Counted from the stretch's first letter, positions 26,680-40,205 are shown. The stretch: DNA of 64,000 nt from Octopus sinensis (GCF_006345805.1 NC_043001.1:100502001-100566000); one strand, 5' to 3'. Made by a program: numbers and translations. The notes: generated from the letters alone by a model not told the origin.

Positions 26680-27069
26680 GTGGAGGCACAATGGCCCAGT
26701 GGTTAGGGCAGTGGTCTCGCGGTCGTAGGATCACGGTTTCGATTCCCAGACTGGGCGTTGTGAGTATTTATTGAGCGAAAACACCTAAAAGCTCCACGAG
26801 GCTCCGGCAGGGGATGGTGGTGATCCCTGCTGTACTCTTTCACCACAACTTTCTCTCACTCTTACTTCCTGTTTCTGTTGCACCTGTATTTCAAAGGGCC
26901 GGCCTTGTCACTCTCTGTGTCATGTTGAATATCCCCGAGAACTACGTTAAGGGTACGTGGAGTACTCAGCCACTTACACGTTAATTTCACGAGCAGGCTG
27001 TTCCGTTGATCGGATCAACCGGAACCCTCATCGTCGTAACCGACGGAGTGCTTCCAGTGCTTCCAGTCC
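26680..27069 (+). mobile_element. Full-length tRNA-derived SINE, family B, with target-site duplication
   Basis: A box TGGCCCAGTGG (26692-26702), B box GGTTTCGATTCCC (26735-26747). Exact 13-bp flanking direct repeat AGAGCATCAAATG (26667-26679, 27070-27082). CpGs retained; short 3' tandem 'agtgcttcc'. Confidence 0.9.
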
Positions 27070-27998
27070 AGAGCATCAAATGAGATGCTGTGTGGTATAT
27101 AACCTGGTTTATTTCATTTTGAGTTCAAATCTTGCCATGGCATTTTTGGTAGATGGACATAACCCCTCCTTTAGTGCAACCTTTATCAGCTGGTCCTTGA
27201 GTGACTCTAGAGGAAGTCAACTCAATTGGAAACATTTTGACAAGGATCTTCATTTTCTGGGTACATTCTTTCCTTTCTCAGTTGTCTTAAAGACCCTGAA
27301 AAGGAATATGGGTACTGCCTTCACAGTGAGCAGTACCCAGAGCAGTACTGCAACAGAGCATCTTGGACTAGGATTGGTGATGGTGCTGGTTCTGTTGGTG
27401 GTACTTATGACGATGGAGAAAGTGGTAGGGCAGATAATGAAGGTGATGGTGATAGTGGATATGGTTGTGATAGCAACAGCAATAAATAGTAGGTGTTGGG
27501 TGGTGATTGTGGTTGTGGTTGTAGTGTTAGTAGTTTGTTATTATGGTATTGATGAAGGTGATGGCTGTGGTAAAGGTGATAACAGCATTAATTCTGGTTA
27601 ATTGTATAAACGTTGGTGAAGGTGGTGGCGAGGGTAAGTGTGGTAGTTTATGTAACAGTGGAGGTTGAAGAAAATCTGTTATGAATGTAACTTAAAGTAA
27701 ATATAATTTTAAAGATGGAAAATTGAAGCAGCAAAAGCAATCACTGCCATATTGTTTACTTGTCTTTCAATGTATTAACTTCTAAATGATATTTCTTGAT
27801 GAATTTAATGCATGCATGTAAGATATGCATATATATATATATCAAGAAAGAGACAGACAGATATATATACACACACACATATATATATATATATGCATAC
27901 ACACACACACATACATACCTTCATACATACATACATACACACAAACACACATATACATCCATATACATACATGTAATATAAATGCAGTGCTGTGTGTA

Positions 27999-28028
<30 letters not shown>

Positions 28029-28029
<1 letters not shown>

Positions 28030-28175
28030 CATCATCATCATCATCATCATCATTTAACGTCCGCTTTCCATGCTAGCATGGGTTGGACGGTTCAACTGGA
28101 GTCTGGGGAGCCCGAAGGCTGCACCAGGCCAGTCAGATCTGGCAGTGTTTCTACAGCTGGATGCCCTTCCTAATG

Positions 28176-28179
<4 letters not shown>
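28029..28179 (-). mobile_element. Short copy of the RTE LINE 3' UTR
   Basis: (CAT)n followed by 'ttaacgtccgctttccatgctagcatggg...ggatgcccttcctaatgcca'. Confidence 0.85.
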
Positions 28180-28240
<61 letters not shown>

Positions 28241-28519
28241 GTTGTGATTTAATTGAATGTATTTAAAGATGGAGGCATATCAATGCAAAGCTCACCACGC
28301 TTGATGGCTAGATACTATGACACAAATCAACAGACAATCTTTTCCATTAAGGAAAGCAAGTCCATTGGTCTTCATAATCAGCAAATCCAAGACAATTGAA
28401 AATAGACTGGAAGCTCCAGCATGGCAATGTATAATAATAAAAAAGCACAAGAACAGATTATTTTGTCTCACTACAATGTTTCATTAGGAGAATTTCTAAT
28501 GACATAACTTCATACATTT

Positions 28520-28900
28520 ATCGGCTGATATACCCTCCAGCCTCGTCAGCATGGTGTTGGCTTTGTAGTGAGAAACTCATTACTCTCCTCAATAGAACCA
28601 CCATCGGGAGGCACTGCGCCTCTCAACCAAGTTTGGGGTGAGAAAAACTGTTGCTTAATAGTTTTGACACTGCATTGTTTATCATATCCTAATATCACTT
28701 CTTTACTGAAGTTGTCGTTATCACCTCTATTTGGAATCAGCTGGGGTATTTGCGATTGTACTAAGGAATGGAAGTGTCTGCCAGGAAGTGAAGGAACATG
28801 GACAGATGAAATCACTTTTTGCAAAATTTGCATTAATTCATCCAAAACCCAACTATGTCAACATCACTAAATTTCTGCCATTTTCTTATCTGCTAATCTC
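28520..28900 (+). mobile_element. Decayed RTE-type endonuclease fragment
   Basis: Translates to ...QHGVGFVVRNSLLSSIEPPSGGT..., resembling the GVGF motif of non-LTR APE endonucleases. Confidence 0.5.
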
Positions 28901-30553
28901 TGTTGACAGATACAGTCAATGAATTCAAAGTTTGCTACGTCAGCCTTCATCACTGCATACAGGGATCAACAATTTGGATCATAGCAATTTGAAGGAGTGA
29001 TATGATTGCTCTGTATATACATGTATGTATATACAAAGACACATCATTGCTCTGACATAGATGCAGCTTCTTCAGCCAATCCACTCATTAACTGTAACTA
29101 TATTGACTAGAAACAAGTTTTAATGCAAAAATAAAAAGTTTTTTAAAAACTAGGCACATTTTATCATAAATATATATATCTTAATTTCTTGTTGTAGCAG
29201 AGAGTTGTGCATTGTAGTCACATGACTGGTTTTAACCAATAAAATGAAAATATTTTGCTACTCTTTTGGTGTAAAATTCAAGTGTTCTGTGGCCCATTTT
29301 CAACTAAAAATAAATGAGAAAATTTTAATCAAATTAATATTGGCTTGTTGCCAGAGGAATTTGTAGCAAGCTGGAAGATAATCCACCGACACATAATTAT
29401 GTTATCATTTTACACATAGATACATACAACCATGCCAAACATTCTCTTTAAACAGACATTTTTGATTTACCTGTGAATTTCAAATAGTTGCAAACACAAA
29501 ATATTCCTGAACACAAAATGGGTTTTCTGTGCTTGCAATATTCTCTTGTTGCCATATTATTGCTCAGAAATACTGAACAAAATTTCCTTGCAGTGTTTTC
29601 ACTTCTGTGATAGAACAATTTTCTCAAGCAAAACAAAGGCGAATAACAGTTATCATTTAGTTTTCATTCAATCTTAACTTAATCTTCATGTAATTTTTAT
29701 TCCTATTTGTGCAATATTACTAAATGCTAAGCACTCAGATATTTTAATATTCTAATATTCTGATATTATTTCATCATTGCTACATGTCTAATATTCTTTC
29801 TCAATTTGATTTGCATAGATCCAGATAAACAACTAATTTTGGTGTAATTAAACTGTTATTGTGGAAGATATTATTTTGTGTCTTTTTCAAGTTGTATTTT
29901 AATTTTCATTTTAGCATACCTTTAGGTTAATTTTCTTCACCAATTCTTATTTTCCTTTAGATTACAAAAAAAGAAGAAAAAAACCCAACAAACCTGTCTG
30001 TGAACTGTTCCTTTCATCTCATTCTGCTGGTTCAAAATTGGTTACTAAATACAGCATGTTGAAATTTAAATACTCATTGCTGTGTTGCTAATTATATATC
30101 AAGGTAATTTTATTTGATTGAAATTAAGATGTTTCATAAGAATCCCAGTGTAAAATTAACTTGTTAGCATTTTCCTAGATAAATATCTTTAGAAATTGCA
30201 AAAATTCAAAAGCAGTGTCAAAATTTCAAGGTTGGCTACCCACATTAACTTTTAATTCTAAGAATGGCTGCACACATTAATGTCTAATCTTAAGAATGGC
30301 TACCCATTTAAATTTTCAATGTCATCATGGAAAGAGAAATTTTACAAGCTAATTTCGATTTATTTTTCTGTTTTTTTTTTGTGTGTATGTTTGGGTGTAT
30401 GGAGCAGGAATGTTTTGATTTTCATTCTCCTTATTTTTGGTTTAAATTACCTAAGACTTCATTTTCAGGTTTTAAGAATATGTGCATGTGTGTGTGTATA
30501 TATATATATATGTATGTATGTATATATATGTATATATATATGTATACATATAT

Positions 30554-30610
<57 letters not shown>

Positions 30611-31002
30611 ATATATATATATATATACATACATACATATATACATACATATATACATACATACACACATATATATACAAACACATATATATGCATCTAT
30701 CTATCTGTATGTCTGTCTATCTATCTATCTATTTATATTTATATCTATATATAGCTATATATATATAGATATATAAAACATATATGTATATATATATATG
30801 TAAAATTTAAATAATGAGGGTGATAAATTGAATATTAATTTAATTAATATCAATTTAAAACCTGTAGCCTCACTTATAGAAAAATTCTGGAACTTCAGAA
30901 AAATTGTAATACAATATATAGACAGACAGATAGATAGATGCATATATATGTGTGTGTATATATATGTGTGTATGTATGTATATATGTATGTATATATGTA
31001 TA

Positions 31003-31033
<31 letters not shown>

Positions 31034-31055
31034 GTATGTTATATATATATATATA

Positions 31056-31853
31056 CTAGCAGCATAGCCCGGCGTTGCCCGGGTATGTAAGAGCCCCTAG
31101 TAGGCAATGACTAATCCCAATCTAGTCCTTTCCCTCTAGGGAACGAAGGCGCATGTGTAGGTTGCAATGTCTTCTCTTCACTCCCAAATAACTATCAAAC
31201 AGCTATCAATAATTCAACCCAACCAATTCCTACCAGGAAGAAATTACATTTGAGACTTTACCCCCAACACCGCCACTTCTGCCAATAGCTGCTGCAGCTG
31301 CAAGTTATTCGAATACTTTTTTTGTTTACACTTTCTTTATAACTACCACCCCAAACGTTTTACCTTAAATTTTTGACGTACCCTAAGGGTCCTCGGACAC
31401 TACTTGCAAACTCTTAGTTTATTATAAACCGCTTTTGTCGTGTGCACCAAAAAACCTTTTCCATTCGTTTGTTCAGTTTGGTCACTTTTGACTTTTTCGT
31501 TGTTGTCACTCACATTGCTACCCGCTTTTTTGCCGTTTTTGTACATTTTTATACATTTTGATATACTTACCCCACGTGTTCCGAGAGTTAAAAAGGTCGA
31601 GTTGCGTCCCCTAGACAATCTGTAGAAAATGTGTTGCATATAAAAAGCTTAGATTCTCGACCCATGTCGAATTTATCAATTTTTTTTCAGAACTGGGGGA
31701 ACTTTTCAAAATTTTCGCTGCGTTAGTTTTGAATTATGACATTGGGCTATGTGTGTGTCAAGTTTCATCAGAATCGGTTGAAAGCCGTGGTCAGGGTGAG
31801 GGTACAACCTGACAGACACACAGACACACAGACACACAGACAGACAAACTGCC

Positions 31854-31897
<44 letters not shown>
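31056..31897 (-). mobile_element. Non-autonomous Helitron (Lep1-like architecture)
   Basis: The minus strand ends with the hairpin CCCGG-GCAACG-CCGGG (31068-31083), 8 nt, then CTAG (31056-31059) followed by T. The other end has (TA)n, a (CAGA/CA) microsatellite and the motif 'aagtttcatcagaatcgg'. No Rep/helicase ORF. Confidence 0.75.
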
Positions 31898-31901
<4 letters not shown>

Positions 31902-32199
31902 GACAGCCATTTCTAACAAATTTTTCAATTGATAATGATTACATTATATCATTTTTAAAAATGCAACTGAATGAGTGGCAGAAGCATTGAATATTTATGT
32001 TGCCATGGATTTAAATTCTTTTTTAAAAGATCATTTTAAATGTCCTTGATTGTAAGATTCATGCATTCATCTGAAGAAAACGATTTTTATAATGATATAA
32101 TGCATTCATTTATCAAATAAAAAATTTGTTGGAAATGGCCATAACGTATTAACACAGATCCTTGTTATTTTTCATTCACAAAACATGCCCCTCACGTGT

Positions 32200-32557
32200 T
32201 CTGAAGTGTATTATGGACTGTGAGGTGGCTGAGTTCCTTTTGAGTGTTGGGCCTCATGGAGGCACTGACCAAGACCTTTGTTATTATGTTGTGCTTGAGA
32301 AGAAAACCATACCAAGCAAAACAAAACTACAGTTGTGGCAGATACCGGTGTCATGCAAATGGCTCTCACGCCAGTGGCATGTAAAAGCACCCATTACACT
32401 CTCAGAGTGGTTGGCATTAGGAAAGGCATCCAGCCATAGAAAACCATGCCAAATCAGGCTGGATCCTGACACAGCCTTCCAGTATGCCAGCCCAGTCAAA
32501 GCATCAAACCCATGCCAGCATGGACAAAGGACGTTAAATGATGATGATGATGATGAT
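32200..32557 (+). mobile_element. RTE 3' end copy (ORF end + shortened UTR)
   Basis: 'gtgcttgagaagaaaacc...ggcattaggaaaggcatccagcc...catggacaaaggacgttaaat' followed by (GAT)n. Confidence 0.8.
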
Positions 32558-32779
32558 ATTTAATAAAATATACATGTCTGAATAGCTCAAAAGTGTATTA
32601 TATACTCAGGTGGGTTATCATTCTGCCAGTACATCTGTACCAAGCTTGGTCTTCACATAAAAATTGTTGTGTGTGCATTTTATTACAACCTAACCAGCTG
32701 CCTCAACTTTAAGTAACTTAGTCAACTAAATCTTGTTTACATATATATATATATATACACACAAACATATGAGAGGTAT

Positions 32780-33140
32780 TGGTACCAAGAAGACCCAAGG
32801 TGGCAGGTAAGTGCTATGGAAGGACCATAGTTAAACTCTTGGTTTGATAATGATACAAGTGCGGAGTCTAATGCGGGTCTTGTATGAACATGTATATGTT
32901 AAACAAAATGGGACAACAGAGCCAAGGCTGTGTGGAATTTTCAGGACATTTATAAAGAGAAAGTTAGTCTTACAGCTGTATCTGGGATATTAGGGATGTC
33001 CCTTCATCAGAGATGATGTAAGATGATTAAATAGAGGGAAATAATAGAGTTCAATAGAAGGTGTTATTTTGGAAAAAGATGGAAATAAGAAGTATATAGA
33101 GAAACAAGAGAATAAAAGTAAAACAAAAAAAATACAACTA
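32780..33140 (-). mobile_element. Penelope-like terminal repeat with a mutated hammerhead motif
   Basis: Minus strand 32967-33014: TCT-CTGATGA-A-GGGA...TCCC-A-GATAC-AGCT-GTA-AGAC. A weak GIY-YIG-like remnant may lie at 33260-33460. Confidence 0.5.
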
Positions 33141-33257
33141 GTATGTAATAGGGATCCACAGAGGACCCGCTTCATTTTGATGCATGATACATGTTCCTGT
33201 GTTGGTAATTATGCCTGTCTTAAACAAAATGGCATCACTTTTTGACTCACCCTCGTA
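33140..33257 (-). mobile_element. Possible Tc1/mariner terminal fragment
   Basis: The minus strand begins TACGAGGGTGAGTCAAAAAGTGATGCC, resembling mariner-type TIR starts. The partner TIR was not found. Confidence 0.35.
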
Positions 33258-33964
33258 CATTAAGGCTATGCATGTCTGTGGAATGCTCAGCCACTTGTAT
33301 AGTAATTTCATGGGTTGGCTTTTCTGCTGAACAGAGCAATTGGAACTGACAGAGTGCCAGTGTGACACTCAGGCAACTCTGGTCTTGGTGCATTGTTATA
33401 TCTTGTGTTCTGTGTTTGCACTGTATTATTTGAGATTGGTTATTTGGGATGGCCACTGTTAGAGATGTTGAAACTGGTTATTATTCTGCGTAGAGTTTTA
33501 TGCTTTTTTCATCGTTTAAATTGGATGCAAATATTTGAGAGTTTTCTGCTCTACTTTAGTTGATTTTCTGTTATTTCTTTGTTTCGTTGATGTTGCTTGA
33601 CTTGTTTTAATTGTGTATGAATTTCACATAGAGTTACTAGTTTTTATCAAGTCGGCTATTACAGCTTTGTGTTAAGTTTGTATTAATATGTTATCTTATT
33701 GGATGTTTAGAAACTTCTACAATTATCTTATTGATTGTATATATTACAATATCTATGTTGGTGCTTGTTGTGTTGTTGAATTCTGTAAATATTGCTTGGT
33801 AAGTGTGTTTACATGGAAGTTTTTCATGTGTAAAAATGCTTTGATTTTTTGTTCACAGAGATAAAATATTTTTTTAAAAAAGTAGTGTTGTACGAGGATG
33901 TGCTGTAAGTATTTTAGTTTCTTCATGATGATGTTGATGAGGAATGTATTAAGGTGTTGTCACT

Positions 33965-34400
33965 GAGTAACCTGGTGTGGTAACTGGTTGATAGTGTGGC
34001 TGTGTGATTCTGGGTTCTGTCTCACTGCATGACAACTTGGACAAGTGTCTTCTACTATAGCCTTGGGCTGATCAAAGCCTTGTGACAAGATTTGGTAGAC
34101 GGAAACTGAAAGAAGCTGGTCATATACAAATATATATCTGTGCGTGTGTGTGTGTATGTGTGTGTGTGTGTGTGTGTGTATGTGTGTGTGTATGTGGTTG
34201 TCCACCACCATGTAACAACCAGTGTTGGTATATTTACATCCTTGTCACTTAGTAGTTTGGCAAAAGAGACTGACAGAATAAGTAACAAATTAAAAAAAGA
34301 ATAAATGGTAGGGTGGATTTAATTGACTAAAAATTCAAGGTGCTGCCCCAGCATGGCCACAGTTTAAAGACTGAAACAAGTAAAAGATAAAAGATAAAAA
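33965..34400 (+). mobile_element. tRNA-derived SINE, family A
   Basis: 'caagtgtcttctactatagcc...ttggtagacggaaactgaaagaagc', an internal (GT)n tract, and 3' 'gctgccccagcatggccacag...ctgaaacaagtaaaagataaaag'. Confidence 0.8.
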
Positions 34401-35029
34401 ACTAAACAAATTACATCGCCACTTCCAAACTCTTTCTCTTCTCTTCCTCTCATTTCCTCTTCATACATTATGTTTCTCTCCTACTCCCCAACCCTGACTT
34501 GCTCACTGCATCATTGCTATCCCATAGTCCCCCACCCTCATCTATATACCCAAGTTCTCACCAGTCACTGCCTTCTCCACCCCCACTCCCTATTCACACT
34601 TGCTTGGCAATACTCCGCCACTTATATTATGAACTCCATACCTTGATGGTATGCCCTGGCACTTGCCACCATCCATCTCTCTCTACCATCCCATCTATGT
34701 TCTGATCCCCATTCCTTGTGAGCACTTTGGCCCCAACACTTTGCCACCATCTCTCTCCTGTTCTCTCTTGCTGTCTTCAACTCTCTCTTTTCCTCTTGCT
34801 CTTCCCTCTGGCTGGGTAATCATGTACCTACTTTACTGCAGTACACCTGTTTCTGCCCTCATTCTTGATCACTCTCTCTCTCCGGCCAGGTAACCATGTA
34901 CCTCCTCTACAGCATGACACCTGCTTCTGTCTCTTTGTCACACTCCAATCTTTCATCATCTGACACAAAATCACCTCCTCCAATGTCCCTTCTCCTCTTA
35001 AAAGTTCTTTGTCTTGCAAGGTACTTGGT

Positions 35030-35317
35030 AACTCTGTCAGTGCTGGTGCCATGTAAAAAAGCACCCAATCCACATTGTGAAGTGGCTGGCATTTGGAAGG
35101 GCATCCAGCTGTCTAAACCATGCCAAAACTCACCTCACCTGTGCTGGTGCCATGCAGAAAACACTCTGAGGGGTGGGTGTTAAGAAGGGCATCCAGCTGT
35201 AAAAGCCCTGCCAAAACAGACAGAAGTCTGATGCAGTCTTCTGCCTTGGCAGCTGCTATCAAACCGTCCAACACATGCCAGCATGGAAGGTAGATGTTAA
35301 ATGATGATGATGATGAT
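35030..35317 (+). mobile_element. Diverged RTE 3' UTR copy
   Basis: Two 'aagggcatccagctgt' modules, then 'catgccagcatggaaggtagatgttaaat' and (GAT)n. Confidence 0.75.
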
Positions 35318-35367
35318 TGACAGACAGATAGAGATACACACACACTCACACACTCACACACACACAT

Positions 35368-35421
<54 letters not shown>

Positions 35422-37842
35422 TTGTTATATTAACCTGTTGCTAGTTTTATTTTGAATGCTCTCATTTTGTACAGAGTTATGCTATTAGTGTGTGAGGACC
35501 ATTCATGTTTTGGTTCACCCTACTGTCATGGGATACTAGTTTACATTGGATGTTGACGACAGCTTTGATAGTCATCACCACTGCGACAACAATCCTTATC
35601 TATGTTAACGTTCAGATCACACTGACCTATTAAAGAGCCAAGCTAAGTTGTTGGGTTAAGAAGATCTTCTAAGGTCAATTTAAGCTACAGAGATGATAAA
35701 CATTTAAAACCAGTTGAAAACAAGTCAATGAAACGGCCTTTACTTGGTTGTTTGACTTGTAATTATCAGCCAATCTTCCTCAAATTATATTCTACTGCCT
35801 TAAGAAAAGGAAGAGTACATTTGACAATATAATCCCAGATACATTATGTCTAAAGCAACTGGGCAATTATGGTAGAATATCTGTGATTGTAGGTCAACCT
35901 TATCAAGTATGACTGAAACCAAACAAAAATCGCAACTTGCTAAATATGTAAAAACTGGTCACCAACTTCAGATAAATGAATTCAGTTTTAATTTCTCAAG
36001 GGAGTGTATTACAAATACGAAATATTTGCTGTAGTCAAATTCATAATTCAAAGGAGTAAAAGGTTTGTTTAGTCTTAATTTTGAGAGACATGCTGTTACC
36101 TGGACACACCATGAACATTTGTTACTCAACCTAAATCTTATAGAGAATATTTTTTTAATCAGTTCTAGAATGTTGCAGTAATTGGTAATTAAAAGGTTAT
36201 GCTGCTGAAATCACAAAATAATTACATAATTACATTTCCAAGAAATAAAAGATGAAGCAGTTGAAGAATAGGTTTCAAATTTAAACACCTGAACAATTTT
36301 TGAAGCACTCAGCCTCATGTAATATCCTTCATCTATGTTCATTCATTAATGAATAACTAGTTTCTGCAGAATCTCATTCACTGGATCATAATGGTGTCAA
36401 GCATAAGACATCTAATTCTAGAATTTTCTTTGAAGAAAGATTTTTTCTTTTTTATTTTTTTCTTCCCGAAGCTTAAAATCTCAGATTTATTCAAGGACTG
36501 AGTGGTATTCTTTTATTGGTTTCAAGCATTGGAACGCAATCACACCGAGGCATCGTCTTCAAGGGGGATCCTACTTCCTTTTTATGCTTCTTACTTATTT
36601 TAATAATCTCTGTTTGATGAACTGTTTGTAGAACATATAAGAACACAACATAAACAACACTAGTTTATTTTTTGACAGGCATACGCATAAAAATACATAA
36701 AAATACACACACACGCATAAATACATACATACATACATACATACATGCATATATTACATACATTTTTTAACAGGTTTTAATTTTTGACTTGGACCATGCT
36801 GGCTTTCAGAGGCTTTTGTTGATCATTTTGTCCCCTGTACTCACCACAGCCTAGAACATATTTTATTTATCTCTATTTATCAAATGGGTAAGCAAGCTTG
36901 CAGTGTGATGTATGAATGCTACATAGAAATGGACAATAAACTGTTGAAGATTGACAACTACATCTACACTCCATGTACTTATAGATGTCCAAACACCATT
37001 TTGGAAGTCTAACACATCTCATTCAGATGTGTTATGCCTATTGTAAAATTTCGTGTAACTGTGGGACTGTGCTTGGCTGAAACAAGAATAATTCTAAAAA
37101 ATTCACAGGATCTGGATACCTTCTTGATCTCAAAAAGTGAAATTTTCAATTGTTGCCACCATGATACCAAATTTGTTTTGTAAACTTGGTCTTTTCCTTT
37201 TGGGGACTAAAGAACAGAAAACATATGTGCAAGCACAACCAACACCTTTTGGTCACAACTGAAATCATATAAGAAGCAATTCTGTCACTCTCAGAAGAGC
37301 ATTTCTTTCCCCTTTTTATCTCCCCTGACAAAACAGGACTGTATATTCATCCCCAACATTAAAGAAGTTATGTGCTTCTGACCAGACTGTCTTAAAAGGG
37401 GTCGATATTGCCAACTGCAATAGTAAGGTGTGAAACCAATACTCATTTTCTTGTTGATCATGCAAAAATATAATGTTCGACAATATAATTGAGGTAAATG
37501 GTGGTGCCCCAGCATGGCCCCAGCTCGTGAGCTGAAACTAGATAAAATAAAATAAAAGTATAATGAATTAAATTTTCTCTCCATGCATTTTTCTAATTTT
37601 TTTTTTTTACATATGAACGTTTTCTTGGAAACATTTTGTCCCCAAGGTGATGAATTGTAGCGAAAAATATAAGAAGAATAATGCACCGAATATATATATA
37701 TATATATTTTTTGTATGAGATAAAATATTTACATAGTCAAGTGGCTAATCATGACCAAGAAATTAGTGAAAATATTACAATTTTATGGCACATTAAGAAG
37801 TTTTTAGTCCATGTTGGTAGCAGGAAAGTTGTTTTGTAAATG

Positions 37843-38100
37843 AATCATCATCATCCTTTAACGTCCATTTTCCATACTGGCATGGGTTAGACAGTTTGAT
37901 TGGAGCTGGCAAACTGGAGAGCTGCACCAAGTTCTAGTCTGATTTGACTTGGTTTTTATAGTTGGATGCTCTTCCTAATGCTAACTACATTACAGTGTGT
38001 ACTGGGGGTGTTTTTAATTTGACACCACACAAGCACTTCTTTGAGTCACTAGCACAAGTGCTTTTTATGTGGCAATAGCACACAACTCTTGCAGGCCAAT
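37843..38100 (-). mobile_element. Diverged RTE 3' UTR copy
   Basis: 'catcatcatcctttaacgtccattttccatactggcatggg...ggatgctcttcctaatgctaac'. Confidence 0.75.
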
Positions 38101-38256
38101 CTTCTTCAACAGGGGGAGTGGCTTTAACACCTCTGCTGTGGGGTAAGGTCTTCTTGAGTACAGTAAGGTGCTAGGTATGTTGGTCCTTAGATATCTCATG
38201 TGAAAGGTTCAGTGTCCAGAGGTCATCCTTCAATACTTTGTCCCATGTCTCTCTCA

Positions 38257-40140
38257 TTTTTTTTTTAGGTGAATTAATAGTATTTACATTACAAAGTTAT
38301 AAATTTATAAATCAAAATATTTACAAAGTTGCAGTGATGTTTGGTTGGAGATTCCCTGTATATTTCTTTATGTGTTTGCTCAATAGTATCTGTCTATACC
38401 TTGGGAAATAGATCTGTTCATTATGCAGTGTTCTTCTCCATCTGAGATACATCCCTGTCTGACTAATATAGTTGTGGCCACATCCTGAGCAAGTTATCGC
38501 ATAAATTTTGGGATGCACAGGTAAAAATCAGTCTTAATCACAACTCTCTGTCCTTGTTTGAAGTGAAATTCCAAACCTTCCAGCAAGTTGGGGCATGTTC
38601 CACAGTTTGAATGCCCGCATCTTTTAACTTTTGGTTCTGTTTTTGTTGGGTGTAATTTCACACTTGTCAGTATTTTTTTTAGTATCTTAGTTGTCTTTGG
38701 TTTTGATGAATTTGTTTGTAGATTGTGGTTCATCTGAGGGTCCTTAGTGAACATAGGTAAATTTTGAACAATGGTGTAATATGCCTAATTTTTCTAGGGT
38801 TGTGAGTTGAAATATAGGGTAACACTTTTAGATGGGGTGTGTAATTTCATTTTGTTTCCCTTAGTGTTGGGATATCTATTTTCTTTGTGTCTTTTATCCC
38901 ATCATCTATTAATGAAGGTGGATAGTGCCTTTCAGCTGATACAAGTATTTGTATCAGACACAATTGTGAAAATCCTTTTTGCTAAATTAAAAGGATAATT
39001 TAATGTGTTTTGGGTGACATGAGTCATAAAGAAGGTATTGCTTTGAGTCTGTGGGTTTGAAACAGATGTCAGTTTCAATTTGATTGTTGAATTTCTTTTT
39101 ATCCAAATATCAAGGAATGGGAATTGGCCTTTGCTGTGCTCTATTGTTAGTTGAATATTTGCATTTCTACTCTTGAACAGTGATTAAAATTTTAAAAGTT
39201 TATGAACTTTCTCAATCCAGAGGATAAAGCTGTCATCTAGATGTCTTTCCCAGTTTTCTCATATATTGGTAAAATGAGAATCCACATTTTTGTGGCGATA
39301 CTTGATATATAATTAATTTTCCATATCTGGGACTGCTCTTATTCCCATCGCAATTCCACATTTTTGTCGGTAGTAAGTGATATCAAATAAGAAATAATTG
39401 TTCTGGAGGATTAATCCTTAAGCTTCAATGATAAATTCCTGGTTCATGCACTCTGGAAATTCTTCAGTATAGTTTTCTTGCCAGAATTTTGATTGCTTCC
39501 ATTCCATAGTTATGTGGGATATTAGTGCACCAGTTCACAACATCGAAGGGAACTCTGACTGTTTTTGATTGTTTTTGATTATTTTTGGCAGGTGGTTTAG
39601 CAAATCTAGATCATCTCTAATGAAGCTTTGGATATATTTCAAAAGGGGTTCCATTAGGATGTAAACAGAATTGTTTAAGCGGTGGGTTTCACATGACAGA
39701 CCATCTATAATGGGTCTTAGTTTTCAATCTTGTGATGCTTGAACAGTAATGGACAGTAATGAATATCTGATGATTGTTTGCAGGCTTCATTAATTATCTG
39801 GCTTTTGTGGATTTTAGGTAAACCGTAGAAAAGACTACATCACAAAAGTCATCAAGTGTTTTATTTCTACCTTTCGGTGGCAGACAATAGCTTTTGTTTC
39901 TGACCAATGATTCATCAGTGTTGTTATAATAAAGCAGACCTTCTGTAAGTTGCAAATTTCTACAAAGTTCTGTTATATTTGTCTTTGATTTCATTTTGAT
40001 TGGATCTGTAAGGGACGGAGTGGGGGTAAATGTGAGTCCTTTTGTTAAAATGTAGAATTTTGTTGTTGAGAAAGTTTTCTTTGATAAGTTTATTACTTTG
40101 GGTTTTCCTGTATGTTTTGTTCTAACATGTGTCCCTGTTT
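38257..40140 (-). mobile_element. Decayed Penelope-like element (RT + GIY-YIG endonuclease)
   Basis: Minus strand, in order: LTKGLTFTPTP (N-terminal), GIAMG (~39340-39357), RHLDDSFILW (DD at 39232-39237), Cys linker KRCGHSNCGTC, GIY-YIG-like IYAITCSGCGHNYISQTG...LHNEQI, then an A-tract. Many stops and frameshifts. Confidence 0.85.
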
Positions 40141-40171
40141 CTCTAACACATAAATATAGATATACACTCAG

Positions 40172-40201
<30 letters not shown>

Positions 40202-40205
<4 letters not shown>

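Noticed and set aside
26680-26760. tRNA-like sequence
   Set aside because: It has A and B boxes but continues into a SINE body with a TSD, and no complete acceptor stem was seen. It is a SINE head, not a tRNA gene.
36500-36570. Minus-strand TTGAAGA...GAAAC hammerhead-like relic
   Set aside because: The core is mutated and no cleavage triplet or helix I partner is identifiable.
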